Positions 20,266-32,090 of a DNA stretch of 64,000 bases are shown piece by piece (positions within the stretch are counted from its first letter, which is position 1; every line of letters starts with the position of its first letter). Where the stretch lies: the NCBI RefSeq assembly GCF_046290725.1, contig NZ_JBKBUH010000001.1, forward strand, positions 697,787 to 761,786, given 5' to 3'. The translations under genes were made by a program, and so were the position numbers. The stretch comes from Phenylobacterium sp. (GTDB taxonomy: Bacteria > Pseudomonadota > Alphaproteobacteria > Caulobacterales > Caulobacteraceae). The notes below the pieces were generated by a model. It saw nothing but the letters and a program-made list of their open reading frames with translations, was not told the DNA's origin and searched no databases.

Positions 20266-23200
20266 TCACGGCTGAACGGCTTGTGAACCGCGAAGCGACT
20301 GGAATTCGGCGAAATCGCGCAGCAACTCGTCGAAGTTGACGCTGGTGTCGAGGGTCAGGTCCACCTTGGTGCCCGACGGCAGGGGCAGCACCTTCTCCAG
20401 ATAGGTCCGCCGGATCACCTCCATCAGGCTCAGGCGGATCTGCTGGCGTTGCGGCGGCCGGTGTTCGCCCTGGATGCGGAACAGCACGCCCAGCCGCCCG
20501 CCTTCGAGGCTGTTGATGTCGGCCTCCAGCCGGTCGAAGGACAGGTGCTCCATGGCCTGGTAGGCGAATTCGGTGAAGGTGTTGGGCGGCAGGTCCGGTT
20601 CGGCCGGCGCGCCCGGGGCGCTCGCCGCACCCTCCGCCGAGACGCCGGTCAGGGCCTCGCGCCGGATCGACAGCCGCCCCGGCTCCACCGCATAGAGCCG
20701 CCCGCCCGAGACTCTCAGGCCCTCCGGCGTGACGCGATAGGGGATGCGGCCGGTCAGCCGCGCCTCCAGATCCATGCGGTCGCCAAACGGCGAGGCCTCC
20801 ACCAGGTCGCGCACCTGCACGCCCTGGACGTTGACCACCCCGCTCCAGCTGGGACGGGGGCCGAAGGGGATGGAGAACGGCTCCAGCGTCACCACGCCCT
20901 CGCCCAGTTCGAAGCGGCCGCCCTCGACCTGCAAGGCGCCTTCCGACAGGCCGAAGGTCACCTGGGAGCCGGTCAGCACCGTGGCGGTCTCGATCCGCGC
21001 CGCGCGCAGCACCTGGCCCGGCGCGGCGGTCAGCGGCGAGAGGCTGGTGAAGACGATCTCGCCCGTCAGACCCTCCACGGGCCCGGCGGGGCTGACGAAG
21101 TCGAGCCGATCGATGTCGAGCACCCCGCCGCTCTCCACGCTTTCGGGCGACCAGGCGACCTCGCCGACGAAGCGCAGACGGCCCTCGGCGGGGGAGGCGA
21201 TCGGTTCGGCCAGGGGGGAAAGCTCGGCCGGCTGCAGGCCGCCTTCGGCCAGGATCAGTTCGCCGGTGTCGAAGTCCATCCGGCCGCGGCCGTTGGGTTC
21301 ATGGGACAGCTGCGCGGCGCCCAGCCGCCGGCCTGCCAGGTCGGCGACGGAGAAGTCCGCACGCCAGCGCCCGCCGACCAGCGTCGCCGAGCCCTGGGTG
21401 CTCACCGGATGGAAACGCGTCTCGGCGGCCATGTCCTCGAGCCGGGCGCTGCGGATCTCGGCGTCCACCGAAAGGTCCTCGCCGCGCGCGCCGAACGCCA
21501 CCGGCCCCGCCGCCTGTTCGACGCGAGCCTCCAGGAACGGGACTTCCGCGGAAAGCCCGCGCGCAGTCCCGCGCACCCGCCAGCCGCCGTCGGCCCAAGT
21601 GAACAGCGGCGCCGACCCGGGGCAGATCTCGCCCGCCACCGCCTCGACGTCGTTCTCGCCAAGCTCCAGCCGTCCTACGCGGACGGGGCTGCAGCGCGCA
21701 GCGGAGAAGCGCGCCGCCCCGTCGCGAACCCGCAACTCGCCGGCGGTATCCAGCGCGCCGCCGACGATCGGGCCGAAGGCGCCCTCCGCCTTCAGCGCCA
21801 GGCCGGCCGAAAGCGCGCCATCAGCAAGGCTGTAGCGGTCGACCGCCACGTCCAGGCTGGGGAGACCGCCGCCGCGAGCGGTGAAGGCGAGAGCGCCCAT
21901 TCCGTCGCGGTAAAGCGGCCGGCCGGCCACTGGCGAGAGGACCGCGTCGCCGCCGCTATCGGTTCGCAGGCGGATTGGGGCGTCCAGGGCCGCCGTCACC
22001 GAGCCGCGGGCGAGTGAAAAGCGCAGCGCCGACGCCTCGAAGGCGAAGTCCTGCACCGCACGCTTGAGGGCCGCCGTCTCGGCGGAGTCGCCTCGGGCCG
22101 GCGCGCCCAGCCCCGTCCAGCCCCCGCGCCCGGCCGCCCGGCCGCGCAGGGCCAGGCTGGGGCGGCCCTCTCGCCAGGCCGCCGGGCCCTGGGCCCGCAG
22201 CTCGGTCGAGGCGAGCCGCACCTCGCCGGTGCGCAAGCCGCCGGTCCGGCCATCCACCCAAAGGTGGGCCGCGGCCACGTCGCCGCGCGTGCGCGACCAC
22301 TTCACGTCGGTGGCGTGAGCGCGCAGGGACAGCGCCTCGGCCCGCGCGCCAGCCGCCTGGGCGCCGCGGGCCGAGATCTCCGCGGCGGCGTCACCGGTCA
22401 GGGACAGGGTGTCGATCCAGCCGCCGGCCTCGCCCTCAAAGCTCGCCTGCAGGGCGGCGTCCGACAATCGAGACTCGCCATAGGCCAGGCGCGCGCCGGA
22501 AAGCCGCGCCCGCGCCGTCACGCGGCCCGAGCCGCGCTGGCGCGCGACATCCGGATAGGGGATCTGGGCGTCGGCCTGCAGGGCGGCGCCCTGCGCCTCG
22601 AACGCGCCGGTCTTCAGCCGCGCCACCGGCCCCCGCACCAGCAGATCCAGCCGCCGCCCGGTGGTGGCGGCCAGCACCTGCACCTCGCCCGTCTCGGCGA
22701 CGAGGCCGCGCCCGTCGAGCTTCAGCGGGGCCAAGCGGGCGTCCAGCCGCATGAGCCGCCCGTCCTCCATCCTCAGGGCGCCGCGGGCCGCCACGGGGCC
22801 GTAGTCGGTGGCAAGCGCCAGGCGCCCGTCTTCGACGATCACCACCGGCTGGCGCGCGTCGGGGCGGGGCGGCCGGCGGCGAAGCTCCTCCACCAGCGGA
22901 TCCAGGGAGCCGAGGCTCAGCCGCCCGGCCAGATAACTCGCCTTCAGCCGCGCGCCGCGCAGCCGCACCACCGTCGGCCGCACGCCAAATCCTTCGCCCG
23001 CCCAAGGGCCGACGATGGCGTAGCGGACCTCGGCCACCTCCGCGACCACGTCGGGATCTGTCGCCGGCCCGACCCGCAGTCGTCCGCGCACATCGCCCAC
23101 ATCGAAGGTGTCGAAGGCTATCTCGCTCTCGATTCCACGTTCGGCGAGCCAGCCGGTCAGGGCGTCCCGCGCCAGGGTGCGGCGCGCCTGATAGGCCGCG

Positions 23201-23307
23201 ACCGCGCCGGCCGTGGCGGCCAGGACGATCACCACCACGCCCGCGCGCACATACCGCCGGCTGCGGCGTTTCGCCGGCTGCGGCTCTGCTTTCTCGATTT
23301 CGCTCAA
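20266..23307 (-). CDS. ydbH: YdbH-like AsmA-family intermembrane lipid transport protein
   Basis: About 1013 aa, one N-terminal TM, beta-rich body, C-terminal GRIPY...PGRLSI...AMEHLSFD; followed by ynbE-ydbL. Confidence 0.85.
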   Translation of the reverse strand: MSEIEKAEPQPAKRRSRRYVRAGVVVIVLAATAGAVAAYQARRTLARDALTGWLAERGIESEIAFDTFDVGDVRGRLRVGPATDPDVVAEVAEVRYAIVGPWAGEGFGVRPTVVRLRGARLKASYLAGRLSLGSLDPLVEELRRRPPRPDARQPVVIVEDGRLALATDYGPVAARGALRMEDGRLMRLDARLAPLKLDGRGLVAETGEVQVLAATTGRRLDLLVRGPVARLKTGAFEAQGAALQADAQIPYPDVARQRGSGRVTARARLSGARLAYGESRLSDAALQASFEGEAGGWIDTLSLTGDAAAEISARGAQAAGARAEALSLRAHATDVKWSRTRGDVAAAHLWVDGRTGGLRTGEVRLASTELRAQGPAAWREGRPSLALRGRAAGRGGWTGLGAPARGDSAETAALKRAVQDFAFEASALRFSLARGSVTAALDAPIRLRTDSGGDAVLSPVAGRPLYRDGMGALAFTARGGGLPSLDVAVDRYSLADGALSAGLALKAEGAFGPIVGGALDTAGELRVRDGAARFSAARCSPVRVGRLELGENDVEAVAGEICPGSAPLFTWADGGWRVRGTARGLSAEVPFLEARVEQAAGPVAFGARGEDLSVDAEIRSARLEDMAAETRFHPVSTQGSATLVGGRWRADFSVADLAGRRLGAAQLSHEPNGRGRMDFDTGELILAEGGLQPAELSPLAEPIASPAEGRLRFVGEVAWSPESVESGGVLDIDRLDFVSPAGPVEGLTGEIVFTSLSPLTAAPGQVLRAARIETATVLTGSQVTFGLSEGALQVEGGRFELGEGVVTLEPFSIPFGPRPSWSGVVNVQGVQVRDLVEASPFGDRMDLEARLTGRIPYRVTPEGLRVSGGRLYAVEPGRLSIRREALTGVSAEGAASAPGAPAEPDLPPNTFTEFAYQAMEHLSFDRLEADINSLEGGRLGVLFRIQGEHRPPQRQQIRLSLMEVIRRTYLEKVLPLPSGTKVDLTLDTSVNFDELLRDFAEFQSLRGSQAVQP

Positions 23308-23455
23308 TCCGGACGCCCGTTCACGCTCGCTCCCTCATAACGCAAAACCCGCCGAAAGCGTGACCGCCGACCCGATTTCGCCGCCCTTGCCCCGCCGCCG
23401 CACGACGCCCAACTTACGGCGAAGCCTGCCCGCGCCTGCCGATTCGGAGCCCCCC

Positions 23456-24640
23456 ATGACCCACGAACGCCGCGTGGTGCTGTCTCTCGCCACGGCCCAG
23501 GCCCTGTTCCAGACCGGCGTCGTGCTGCTCATGACGGTGGGCGGGCTGGCCGGGCTGTTGCTGGCGCCGACCAAGGTGCTGGCGACGCTGCCCATCGCCA
23601 CGGTCGCGCTCGGCACCGCGACGGCGACGATCCCAGCCTCGCTGCTGATGGGGCGGATGGGCCGCAAGCCGGGCTTCCTGCTGGGGACGCTGTTCGGCAT
23701 GGCTGGCGGGGCGACGGCGGCCTACGCCATGACCATCGGCAGCTTTCCCTTGCTCTGCCTCGGCACGGCCCTGGTCGGCGCGTATCAGGGCTTTGCGCAG
23801 TTCTACCGCTTCGCCGCGGCGGAGGCGGCGAGCGAGGCCTTCCGCAGCCGCGCCATCTCCTATGTCCTGGCTGGCGGGGTGGTGGCGGCGCTGGCCGGCC
23901 CGCATCTGGGCGCGCTCACCCGCGACCTGGTTCCGCAGGCGGCCTATGCCGGCTCGTTCCTGGTCATCCTAGGGCTCAGCCTGACGGCCTCGGCCGTGCT
24001 GGCGGCCACGCCCCTCCCGGGCGGGGGCGGCCAGGCCCAGGACGGCCCCGCCGCCCGGCCGCTCACCGTCATCGCCCGCCAGCCGCGGTTCCTGGCCGCC
24101 GTAGGCGGCGCGGCCATCGGCTATGTGGTGATGGTCACCGTGATGACCGCCACCCCGATCTCCATGGTGGCGCACGACCACCATGTCGGCGACGCGGCCA
24201 CAGTCATCCAGTGGCATGTGCTGGGCATGTTCGCGCCCTCCTTCTTCACCGGCTGGCTGATCAAGCGGTTCGGGGTGACGCCCCTGATGCTCGCCGGCGT
24301 CGCGGCGCTGACGGCGCACGTGATGATCGCCGTCAGCGGGGTGGCCCTCCTCCATTACCTCTCGGCGCTGATCCTGCTGGGCGTGGGCTGGAACTTCCTG
24401 TTCGTGGGCGGCAGCACCCTGCTGACCGAAACCTACACGCCCGCCGAGCGGGCCAAGGTCCAGGGCTTCAACGACTTCGTCATCGTCGGCGTGGTGGCGG
24501 CCGGCTCCTTCTCCGCCGGGGCGCTCAACGAGGCCTTCGGCTGGCGCGGGCTCAACCTCGCCGTCCTGCCGTTCCTGGCCGCCGCCGCGCTCATCATCCT
24601 TTCGGTCATGCGCGGCCAGCCGCGGACGGCGCAGGCGTAA
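23456..24640 (+). CDS. MFS transporter
   Basis: About 12 TM helices; GRMGRKPGF loop motif; YRFAAAE; QWHVLGMFAPSF. Confidence 0.9.
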   Translation: MTHERRVVLSLATAQALFQTGVVLLMTVGGLAGLLLAPTKVLATLPIATVALGTATATIPASLLMGRMGRKPGFLLGTLFGMAGGATAAYAMTIGSFPLLCLGTALVGAYQGFAQFYRFAAAEAASEAFRSRAISYVLAGGVVAALAGPHLGALTRDLVPQAAYAGSFLVILGLSLTASAVLAATPLPGGGGQAQDGPAARPLTVIARQPRFLAAVGGAAIGYVVMVTVMTATPISMVAHDHHVGDAATVIQWHVLGMFAPSFFTGWLIKRFGVTPLMLAGVAALTAHVMIAVSGVALLHYLSALILLGVGWNFLFVGGSTLLTETYTPAERAKVQGFNDFVIVGVVAAGSFSAGALNEAFGWRGLNLAVLPFLAAAALIILSVMRGQPRTAQA

Positions 24641-24643
24641 GGA

Positions 24644-25447
24644 TCAACCGCCCGGCGCGCGGGCGGTGACGATCCAGACGGCGGCCTTCAGCTTCACCCC
24701 GCCCGGCCCGTCATGGGCGGCCAGCGCCGCCCGCACCGGCGGCGCGGCCGCCTCGCGCAGGTGTGGCGCTTCGCGCAGGATCTTGCCCAGGCCCCCGACC
24801 CGCAAGCAGACCGAGAGCATCGCCTCCAGATCGCCGCTCCCCACCCGCTCATCGTGGGCCGCGATGTCGATCCGCTCGAACCCCGCCGCCGCCAGGACAC
24901 GGCGCACCCGAGCCTCGTCCGCGAAGGCGAAGGGCCCCGGCGCGTCCGGTTCCTCGGCCTCGAGCGGCGGAAGCAGGTGCGCCGCGGCGCGCAACGGCAC
25001 GATGTCGAGGTCGTTCTCCGCCAGAGAGCGCCAGCAGACGAAGGCGAGGCGCCCGCCGGGCCTCAGCGCCCGCCTAAGATTGCCGAACGCCGCCGCCGGA
25101 TCGGCGAAGAACATGACGCCGAAGCGGGAGAACACCGCGTCGAACGCCCCGGGCTGGAAGGCGTAGGCCTGGGCGTCGGCGCAGACCAGACGCACGGCTT
25201 CCAGGCCCGCCGTCGCCGAGGCGGCGGCGCCCAGCATGGCTTCGGAGATGTCGACCCCCAGCACCGCCCCGCCCGGCGCGACGGCGCGGGCCAGGGCCGC
25301 CACCGTCGAGCCCGCCCCGCAGCCGACGTCGATCACCCGCTCGCCCGGCTGCGGCGCCAGGGCGTCCAGCGCCCGCCGGCCGAGCGGCTGAAGCTGCAGC
25401 TCGAGCGGCCCTTGGACTTCGAGCCGCGCCCGATCGGCGGGGCTCAC
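24644..25447 (-). CDS. Class I SAM-dependent methyltransferase
   Basis: VIDVGCGAG, GVDIS, FSRFGVMFF, LRPGGRL; GTG start 25447. Confidence 0.88.
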   Translation of the reverse strand: MSPADRARLEVQGPLELQLQPLGRRALDALAPQPGERVIDVGCGAGSTVAALARAVAPGGAVLGVDISEAMLGAAASATAGLEAVRLVCADAQAYAFQPGAFDAVFSRFGVMFFADPAAAFGNLRRALRPGGRLAFVCWRSLAENDLDIVPLRAAAHLLPPLEAEEPDAPGPFAFADEARVRRVLAAAGFERIDIAAHDERVGSGDLEAMLSVCLRVGGLGKILREAPHLREAAAPPVRAALAAHDGPGGVKLKAAVWIVTARAPGG

Positions 25448-25451
25448 CGCC

Positions 25452-26228
25452 TCACAGGACGCCGGTGGAGGCGAGCGCCACGCCGCCGTCCACGGCGATG
25501 GTCTCGCCCACCACATAGTCCCCGGCGCGGCTGGCCAGATAGATGGCGCAGGCGGCCATGTCCTCGTCACGGCCGATCCGGCGAGACGGAATGCGCTTGG
25601 CGATCTCGTCGCCCTGGTCGCGGGCCACGCGGTTCATCTCCGAGGCGAAGGCGCCGGGCGCGATGCCGGTGACGTTGATGGCGTCCTTGATCAGCTCGGC
25701 CGCCACGCGCCGGGTCAGGTAGATCAGGCCGGCCTTGGAAGCGTGGTAGGAATAGGTCTCCTGCGGATTGAGGCGGATGCCGTCGATCGAGCAGATGTTG
25801 ATCACCTTGGCCGGGCGCTCCCGGCTGGCGGCGGCCTTCAGGGCGCCATGCAGGGCCTGGGTCAGGAAGAAGGGCGACTTCAGGTTCAGGTTCAGCACCT
25901 TGTCCCAGCCGCTCTCCGGGAACTCGTCGAAGGCCGCGCCCCAGGCGGCGCCGGCGTTGTTCACCAGGATGTCCAGCTTCGGCTCGGCCTCGGTGAGCCG
26001 CCGGGCCAGGGCCTGGCAGCCCTCCACCGTCGAGACGTCCTGGGGCATGGAAATGCAGTTCTCCCCCAGCTCCGCGGCGGTCTCGTCGCAGGCGGCGGGC
26101 TTGCGCGAGGAGATGTAGACCTTCGCCCCCTGATCGATGAAGCCCTTGGCGATCATCTTGCCGATGCCGCGCGAGCCGCCGGTGACGAGAGCCACGCGGC
26201 CCTCCAGCGAGAACAGATCCGAACCCAT
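25452..26228 (-). CDS. SDR family oxidoreductase
   Basis: TGGSRGIG, NNAG, YHASK catalytic motif. Confidence 0.92.
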   Translation of the reverse strand: MGSDLFSLEGRVALVTGGSRGIGKMIAKGFIDQGAKVYISSRKPAACDETAAELGENCISMPQDVSTVEGCQALARRLTEAEPKLDILVNNAGAAWGAAFDEFPESGWDKVLNLNLKSPFFLTQALHGALKAAASRERPAKVINICSIDGIRLNPQETYSYHASKAGLIYLTRRVAAELIKDAINVTGIAPGAFASEMNRVARDQGDEIAKRIPSRRIGRDEDMAACAIYLASRAGDYVVGETIAVDGGVALASTGVL

Positions 26229-26359
26229 GTCGTCTTCCCCTTCCATCAGCCGCCGAATTTGACTCGCGCGGGCCAGGCGCGGCCTATAAACAACCGTTTG
26301 AATCCGGGGCGGACAAGCGATTTCAGAAGCCGCCGACCTTTAACTTGCGAGGAACTGCC

Positions 26360-28441
<2,082 letters not shown>

Positions 28442-28450
28442 TCCGCTTCG

Positions 28451-28486
28451 ACCCGCCCGGTCCCACCGATCGGGCGGGTTTCTTTC
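28451..28486 (+). terminator. Intrinsic terminator-like hairpin between hydratase and thiolase genes
   Basis: ACCCGCCCG...CGGGCGGGT followed by TTCTTTC. Confidence 0.6.
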
Positions 28487-28548
28487 GGCCGGAGGCTCAC
28501 CTTGGGTCAGCCGGCTCTTCCTCCCCAGAACGACAGGAAAACGTCCTC

Positions 28549-29754
28549 ATGCGTGAAGCCGTCATCGTCTCCACCGCCCGCACGCCGATCGGCAAGGCCT
28601 ATCGCGGGGCCTTCAACAACACCTATGGCGCGACGCTCGCCGCCCACTCCATCGCCGCGGCCGTCGAGCGGGCCGGGATCGACCCGGCCGAGGTGGACGA
28701 CGTGGTGATGGGCTGCGCGCTGGAGCAGGGCACCACCGGCAACAACATCGCCCGCCAGGCCGCCCTGCGCGCCGGCCTGCCGAACACCGTCTCGGGCATG
28801 ACCCTGGACCGCCAGTGCTCGTCGGGCCTGATGGCGATCGCCACGGCCGCCAAGTACATCATCAACGACGGCGCCCCCATCGCCGTCGGCGGCGGGGTGG
28901 AGAGCATCAGCCTCGTCCAGAACGACAAGATGAACCGCTTCATGGCCACCGACCCGTGGCTGCGCGACCACGTGCCGGAACTGGCCACCTCGATGATCGA
29001 GACCGCCGAGATCGTCGCCGAGCGCTACGGCGTCTCCCGCGAGGCCCAGGACGAATACGCTCTGCAATCCCAGCAGCGCACGGCCCAGGCTCAGAGCGAA
29101 GGGCGCTTCACCGCCGAAATCGCCCCGATCACCACGGTGATGAAGGTGCTGGTCAACAAGGAGACGGGCGAGACCGCCGACAAGGAGATCACTCTGAGCC
29201 TCGACGAGGGCAACCGGCCGCAGACCACGCTCGCCGACCTGCAGAAGCTGAACCCGGTGTTCAAGGGCGGCCGCTATGTGCCGGAAGGCAAGTTCGTCAC
29301 CGCCGGCAACGCCAGCCAACTGTCGGACGGTTCGGCCGCGGTGGTGCTGATGGAGCGCAAGGAAGCCGAACGCCGGGGCCTGACGCCGCTCGGCGCCTAT
29401 CGCGGCATGGCCGTGGCTGGCTGCGGCCCGGAGGAGATGGGCATCGGCCCGGTCTTCGCCATTCCGAAGCTCCTGGAGCGCAACGGCCTCACCATCGACG
29501 ACATCGACCTGTGGGAGCTGAACGAGGCCTTCGCCAGCCAGGTGCTCTACTGCCGCGACAAGCTGGGCATCCCGGACGAGAAGCTGAACGTCTCCGGCGG
29601 CTCGATCTCCATCGGCCACCCCTACGGCATGACCGGCGCCCGCTGCACCGGCCACGTGCTGCACGAGGGCAAGCGCCGCGGCGCCAAGTACGGCGTGGTC
29701 ACCATGTGCGTCGGCGGCGGCATGGGCGCAGCCGGCCTGTTCGAGATCTTCTAA
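28549..29754 (+). CDS. Acetyl-CoA C-acyltransferase (thiolase)
   Basis: [39 protein letters not shown]. Confidence 0.95.
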   Translation: MREAVIVSTARTPIGKAYRGAFNNTYGATLAAHSIAAAVERAGIDPAEVDDVVMGCALEQGTTGNNIARQAALRAGLPNTVSGMTLDRQCSSGLMAIATAAKYIINDGAPIAVGGGVESISLVQNDKMNRFMATDPWLRDHVPELATSMIETAEIVAERYGVSREAQDEYALQSQQRTAQAQSEGRFTAEIAPITTVMKVLVNKETGETADKEITLSLDEGNRPQTTLADLQKLNPVFKGGRYVPEGKFVTAGNASQLSDGSAAVVLMERKEAERRGLTPLGAYRGMAVAGCGPEEMGIGPVFAIPKLLERNGLTIDDIDLWELNEAFASQVLYCRDKLGIPDEKLNVSGGSISIGHPYGMTGARCTGHVLHEGKRRGAKYGVVTMCVGGGMGAAGLFEIF

Positions 29755-29776
29755 GCCTCGGACATGTTCAAGACCG

Positions 29777-29805
29777 AAGGGCCGTCCGCAAGGGCGGCCC
29801 TTTTT
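29777..29805 (+). terminator. Intrinsic terminator
   Basis: AAGGGCCGTCC-GCAA-GGGCGGCCCTT followed by a T run. Confidence 0.8.
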
Positions 29806-29890
29806 CGTGCGCCCGCTTACCCGGAGCGTAATCGCAGGGCTGGGGCGACGGGATCAGTCTGAGGGCGTCACAAGCCAAGGAGACCTCCCC

Positions 29891-30250
29891 ATGATCGCCC
29901 CCGCCGAGATCGCCCAGACCTACATCGCCGCCTGGAATGAGACCGACCCCACCAAGCGCCGGGCGCTGATCGCCGACACATGGACGGCCGATGCGACCTA
30001 TGTGGATCCGCTCGCCTCGGTGGCCGGGCACGAGGGCGTGGACGCCCTGATCTCAGGCGTGCAGCAGAAGTTTCCGGGATTCCGCTTCGCCTTGCAGGGC
30101 GAGGCTGACGGCCATGGAGACCACGTGCGCTTCACCTGGGGCCTGGGGCCCGAAGGCGTCGAGCCGCCGGTGGTCGGGACCGACGTCGTGCGCGTGGAAG
30201 ACGGCCGGCTGAAGTCGGTGATCGGCTTCCTTGACCGGGTCCCGGGCTGA
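29891..30250 (+). CDS. SnoaL/NTF2-like protein
   Basis: YIAAWNETD..RRALI...ATYVDP...FRF...HVRFTW; AGGAG RBS. Confidence 0.85.
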   Translation: MIAPAEIAQTYIAAWNETDPTKRRALIADTWTADATYVDPLASVAGHEGVDALISGVQQKFPGFRFALQGEADGHGDHVRFTWGLGPEGVEPPVVGTDVVRVEDGRLKSVIGFLDRVPG

Positions 30251-30256
30251 CGGGCA

Positions 30257-30300
30257 GGGCGGAACGGAAGGCTCCTCCCCGCCCCGTTCCGCCCCTTTTT
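30257..30300 (+). terminator. Intrinsic terminator between convergent genes
   Basis: GGGCGGAACGG...CCGTTCCGCCC followed by CTTTTT. Confidence 0.75.
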
Positions 30301-30303
30301 CTT

Positions 30304-31695
30304 TCAATACCCCGAGGGCGGGCGGAAACCGCCGAACTCCTGCTCCAGCAGCCTCGCAAAGGCGATCGTCGCCCGGTCGTGCAGGTAGGGGCCGATGATC
30401 TGAATCCCGATCGGCAGGCCTTCACGATCAAGGCCGACAGGCGCGGCGGTGGCCGGCAGGTTGGCGAGAGTGGCCATGCCCGGCCAGGCGAGCTGGCCGA
30501 AATAGGGGGTGTCCTCACCATTGATCCGGTGCAGGCGCTTGGCGGGGTCGGGTTCCTCTAGATGCCGGAAGGCCACCGTGCCGTAGGCCGGCGCCAGCAC
30601 CAGGTCGAAGGCCTCGAACAGCGCCGCCCACTGGCGGCGGATCGCCAGCTGGGCGTCGAGCAGATCCATCCAGCCGTGGGCGGAGATCAGGTCCGGCGGC
30701 GCCGGCCCGCCCCGGCTCATGATCGCGGTGAGCAGGCCCATATAGACTTCGTGCGAGCGGGCGAGATCGGGAAGCAGGGTGCTGCGCCGCGCCACCTGCG
30801 TCCCCAGCCGCTCCAGCCGACCGGCCAGGTCGTTCAAGGCGTCCCGCACCTCGGCCGAGACCACGGCCAGGGGATGATTGTCGAGGACGAGGATCCGATG
30901 ATCGGCGAGCCTGGCGCGCCGTGGGGCCGGCAGGTCGAGGCGGTAGCCGGCGGCCTCCTCCTCCGCAGGGCCGGCCAGCACCGAAAGCGCCAGGTCGAGA
31001 TCGGCCGCCGTCCGCGCCATGGGCCCGATCACCCCGAGCGGAACATCCAGGCCGTCGATGCCCGGCGGAGAGTGGCCGCGGCCGGGCACGACGCCGTAGC
31101 TCGGCTTGTGCCCGTAGACGCCGCAGAAGGCGGCCGGCACGCGAATCGAACCGCCGATGTCGGAGCCGAACTCCAGCGGAACCATGCCGGCGGCGAGCGC
31201 CGCCGCCGAGCCGCCGGAGGAGCCGCCGCTGGTGCGTTCGAGGGCCCAGGGATTGTTGGTGCGGCCGTAGACGGGATTGACGCTCTGCCAGTCGGCCAGG
31301 CTGACCGGCACGTTGGTCTTGCCGAGGATGACGGCGCCGGCGGCCTTCAGCCGGGCTACCCCGATGGAATCGGCCGGCGCGATCCAGCCCGCGGCTTCGG
31401 AAAAGCCCCAGGTGGTCGGCAGGCCCGCCACATTGTGCGCCTCCTTCACCGTCATGGGCACGCCGAGCAACGGCGCGCGCGCGCCCCGGGCCAGGGCCAC
31501 GTCGGCCTCGCGAGCGGCCTGGCGCGCACGGTCGAAATCGCGGACGACGACGGCGTTCAGCGGCCCGTCACGGGCCTCGATCCGGGCGATGGCGGCCTCG
31601 GCCAGTTCCACGGCGCTGGCGCGGCCGGCGGCCAAGGCGGCGGCGAGTTCGCCGGCTGAGGCCCAGGCCAGATCCTGGGCGAGCACTTCGGACAT
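30304..31695 (-). CDS. Amidase (amidase-signature family)
   Basis: GVPMTVKE, GKTNVP, GGSSGGSAAA, GSDIGGSIRVPA. Confidence 0.93.
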   Translation of the reverse strand: MSEVLAQDLAWASAGELAAALAAGRASAVELAEAAIARIEARDGPLNAVVVRDFDRARQAAREADVALARGARAPLLGVPMTVKEAHNVAGLPTTWGFSEAAGWIAPADSIGVARLKAAGAVILGKTNVPVSLADWQSVNPVYGRTNNPWALERTSGGSSGGSAAALAAGMVPLEFGSDIGGSIRVPAAFCGVYGHKPSYGVVPGRGHSPPGIDGLDVPLGVIGPMARTAADLDLALSVLAGPAEEEAAGYRLDLPAPRRARLADHRILVLDNHPLAVVSAEVRDALNDLAGRLERLGTQVARRSTLLPDLARSHEVYMGLLTAIMSRGGPAPPDLISAHGWMDLLDAQLAIRRQWAALFEAFDLVLAPAYGTVAFRHLEEPDPAKRLHRINGEDTPYFGQLAWPGMATLANLPATAAPVGLDREGLPIGIQIIGPYLHDRATIAFARLLEQEFGGFRPPSGY

Positions 31696-31755
31696 TGGCG
31701 GTCTCCCTCGGTCTTGCGACCAGGGTGGGGCGGGCAAGCTCGCCTGTCCAGGCAT

Positions 31756-31989
31756 TCAGCCGCGGGGCAGGTCGCGCAGCCGCACCTCCGCCAGGCGGGC
31801 GGGCCATCCGGCTGTGAGGGATTCCAGGTGCGCGAGCTGGGGCTCGGTCAGGCAGATGAGCTGCGGCGCTGCAGGAACCCCGCCCTCGGCCGGCGTCGCG
31901 CGAACCGCGGAGCCTGCGAACACCCCCAGGGCCGCGGCGATCAGGGCTCCGCGGAAGACCGGTGTGAAACTGCGTTCCGCATCGAACAT
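31756..31989 (-). CDS. Small hypothetical membrane or secreted protein (77 aa)
   Basis: MFDAERSFTPVFRGALIAAALGVFAGSAVRA hydrophobic stretch; a sigmaT-type promoter lies immediately upstream. Confidence 0.5.
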   Translation of the reverse strand: MFDAERSFTPVFRGALIAAALGVFAGSAVRATPAEGGVPAAPQLICLTEPQLAHLESLTAGWPARLAEVRLRDLPRG

Positions 31990-32001
31990 GGCGGCCTGCG
32001 A

Positions 32002-32026
32002 AACGGCCGCCCCGGGCTTGCGTTCC
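32002..32026 (-). promoter_or_regulatory. sigmaT/EcfG (general stress) promoter, minus strand
   Basis: Minus strand GGAAC (32026-32022)-N16-CGTT (32005-32002). Confidence 0.65.
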
Positions 32027-32032
32027 ACTGTC

Positions 32033-32057
32033 GGAACCGCCCCTGGCCGGCGCCGTT
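32033..32057 (+). promoter_or_regulatory. sigmaT/EcfG (general stress) promoter, plus strand
   Basis: GGAAC (32033-32037)-N16-CGTT (32054-32057), ahead of an AAGGAG RBS and ATG 32091. Confidence 0.75.
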
Positions 32058-32090
32058 TGCATCGCGCCGCGCCGCCCGAGAAGGAGCCTC

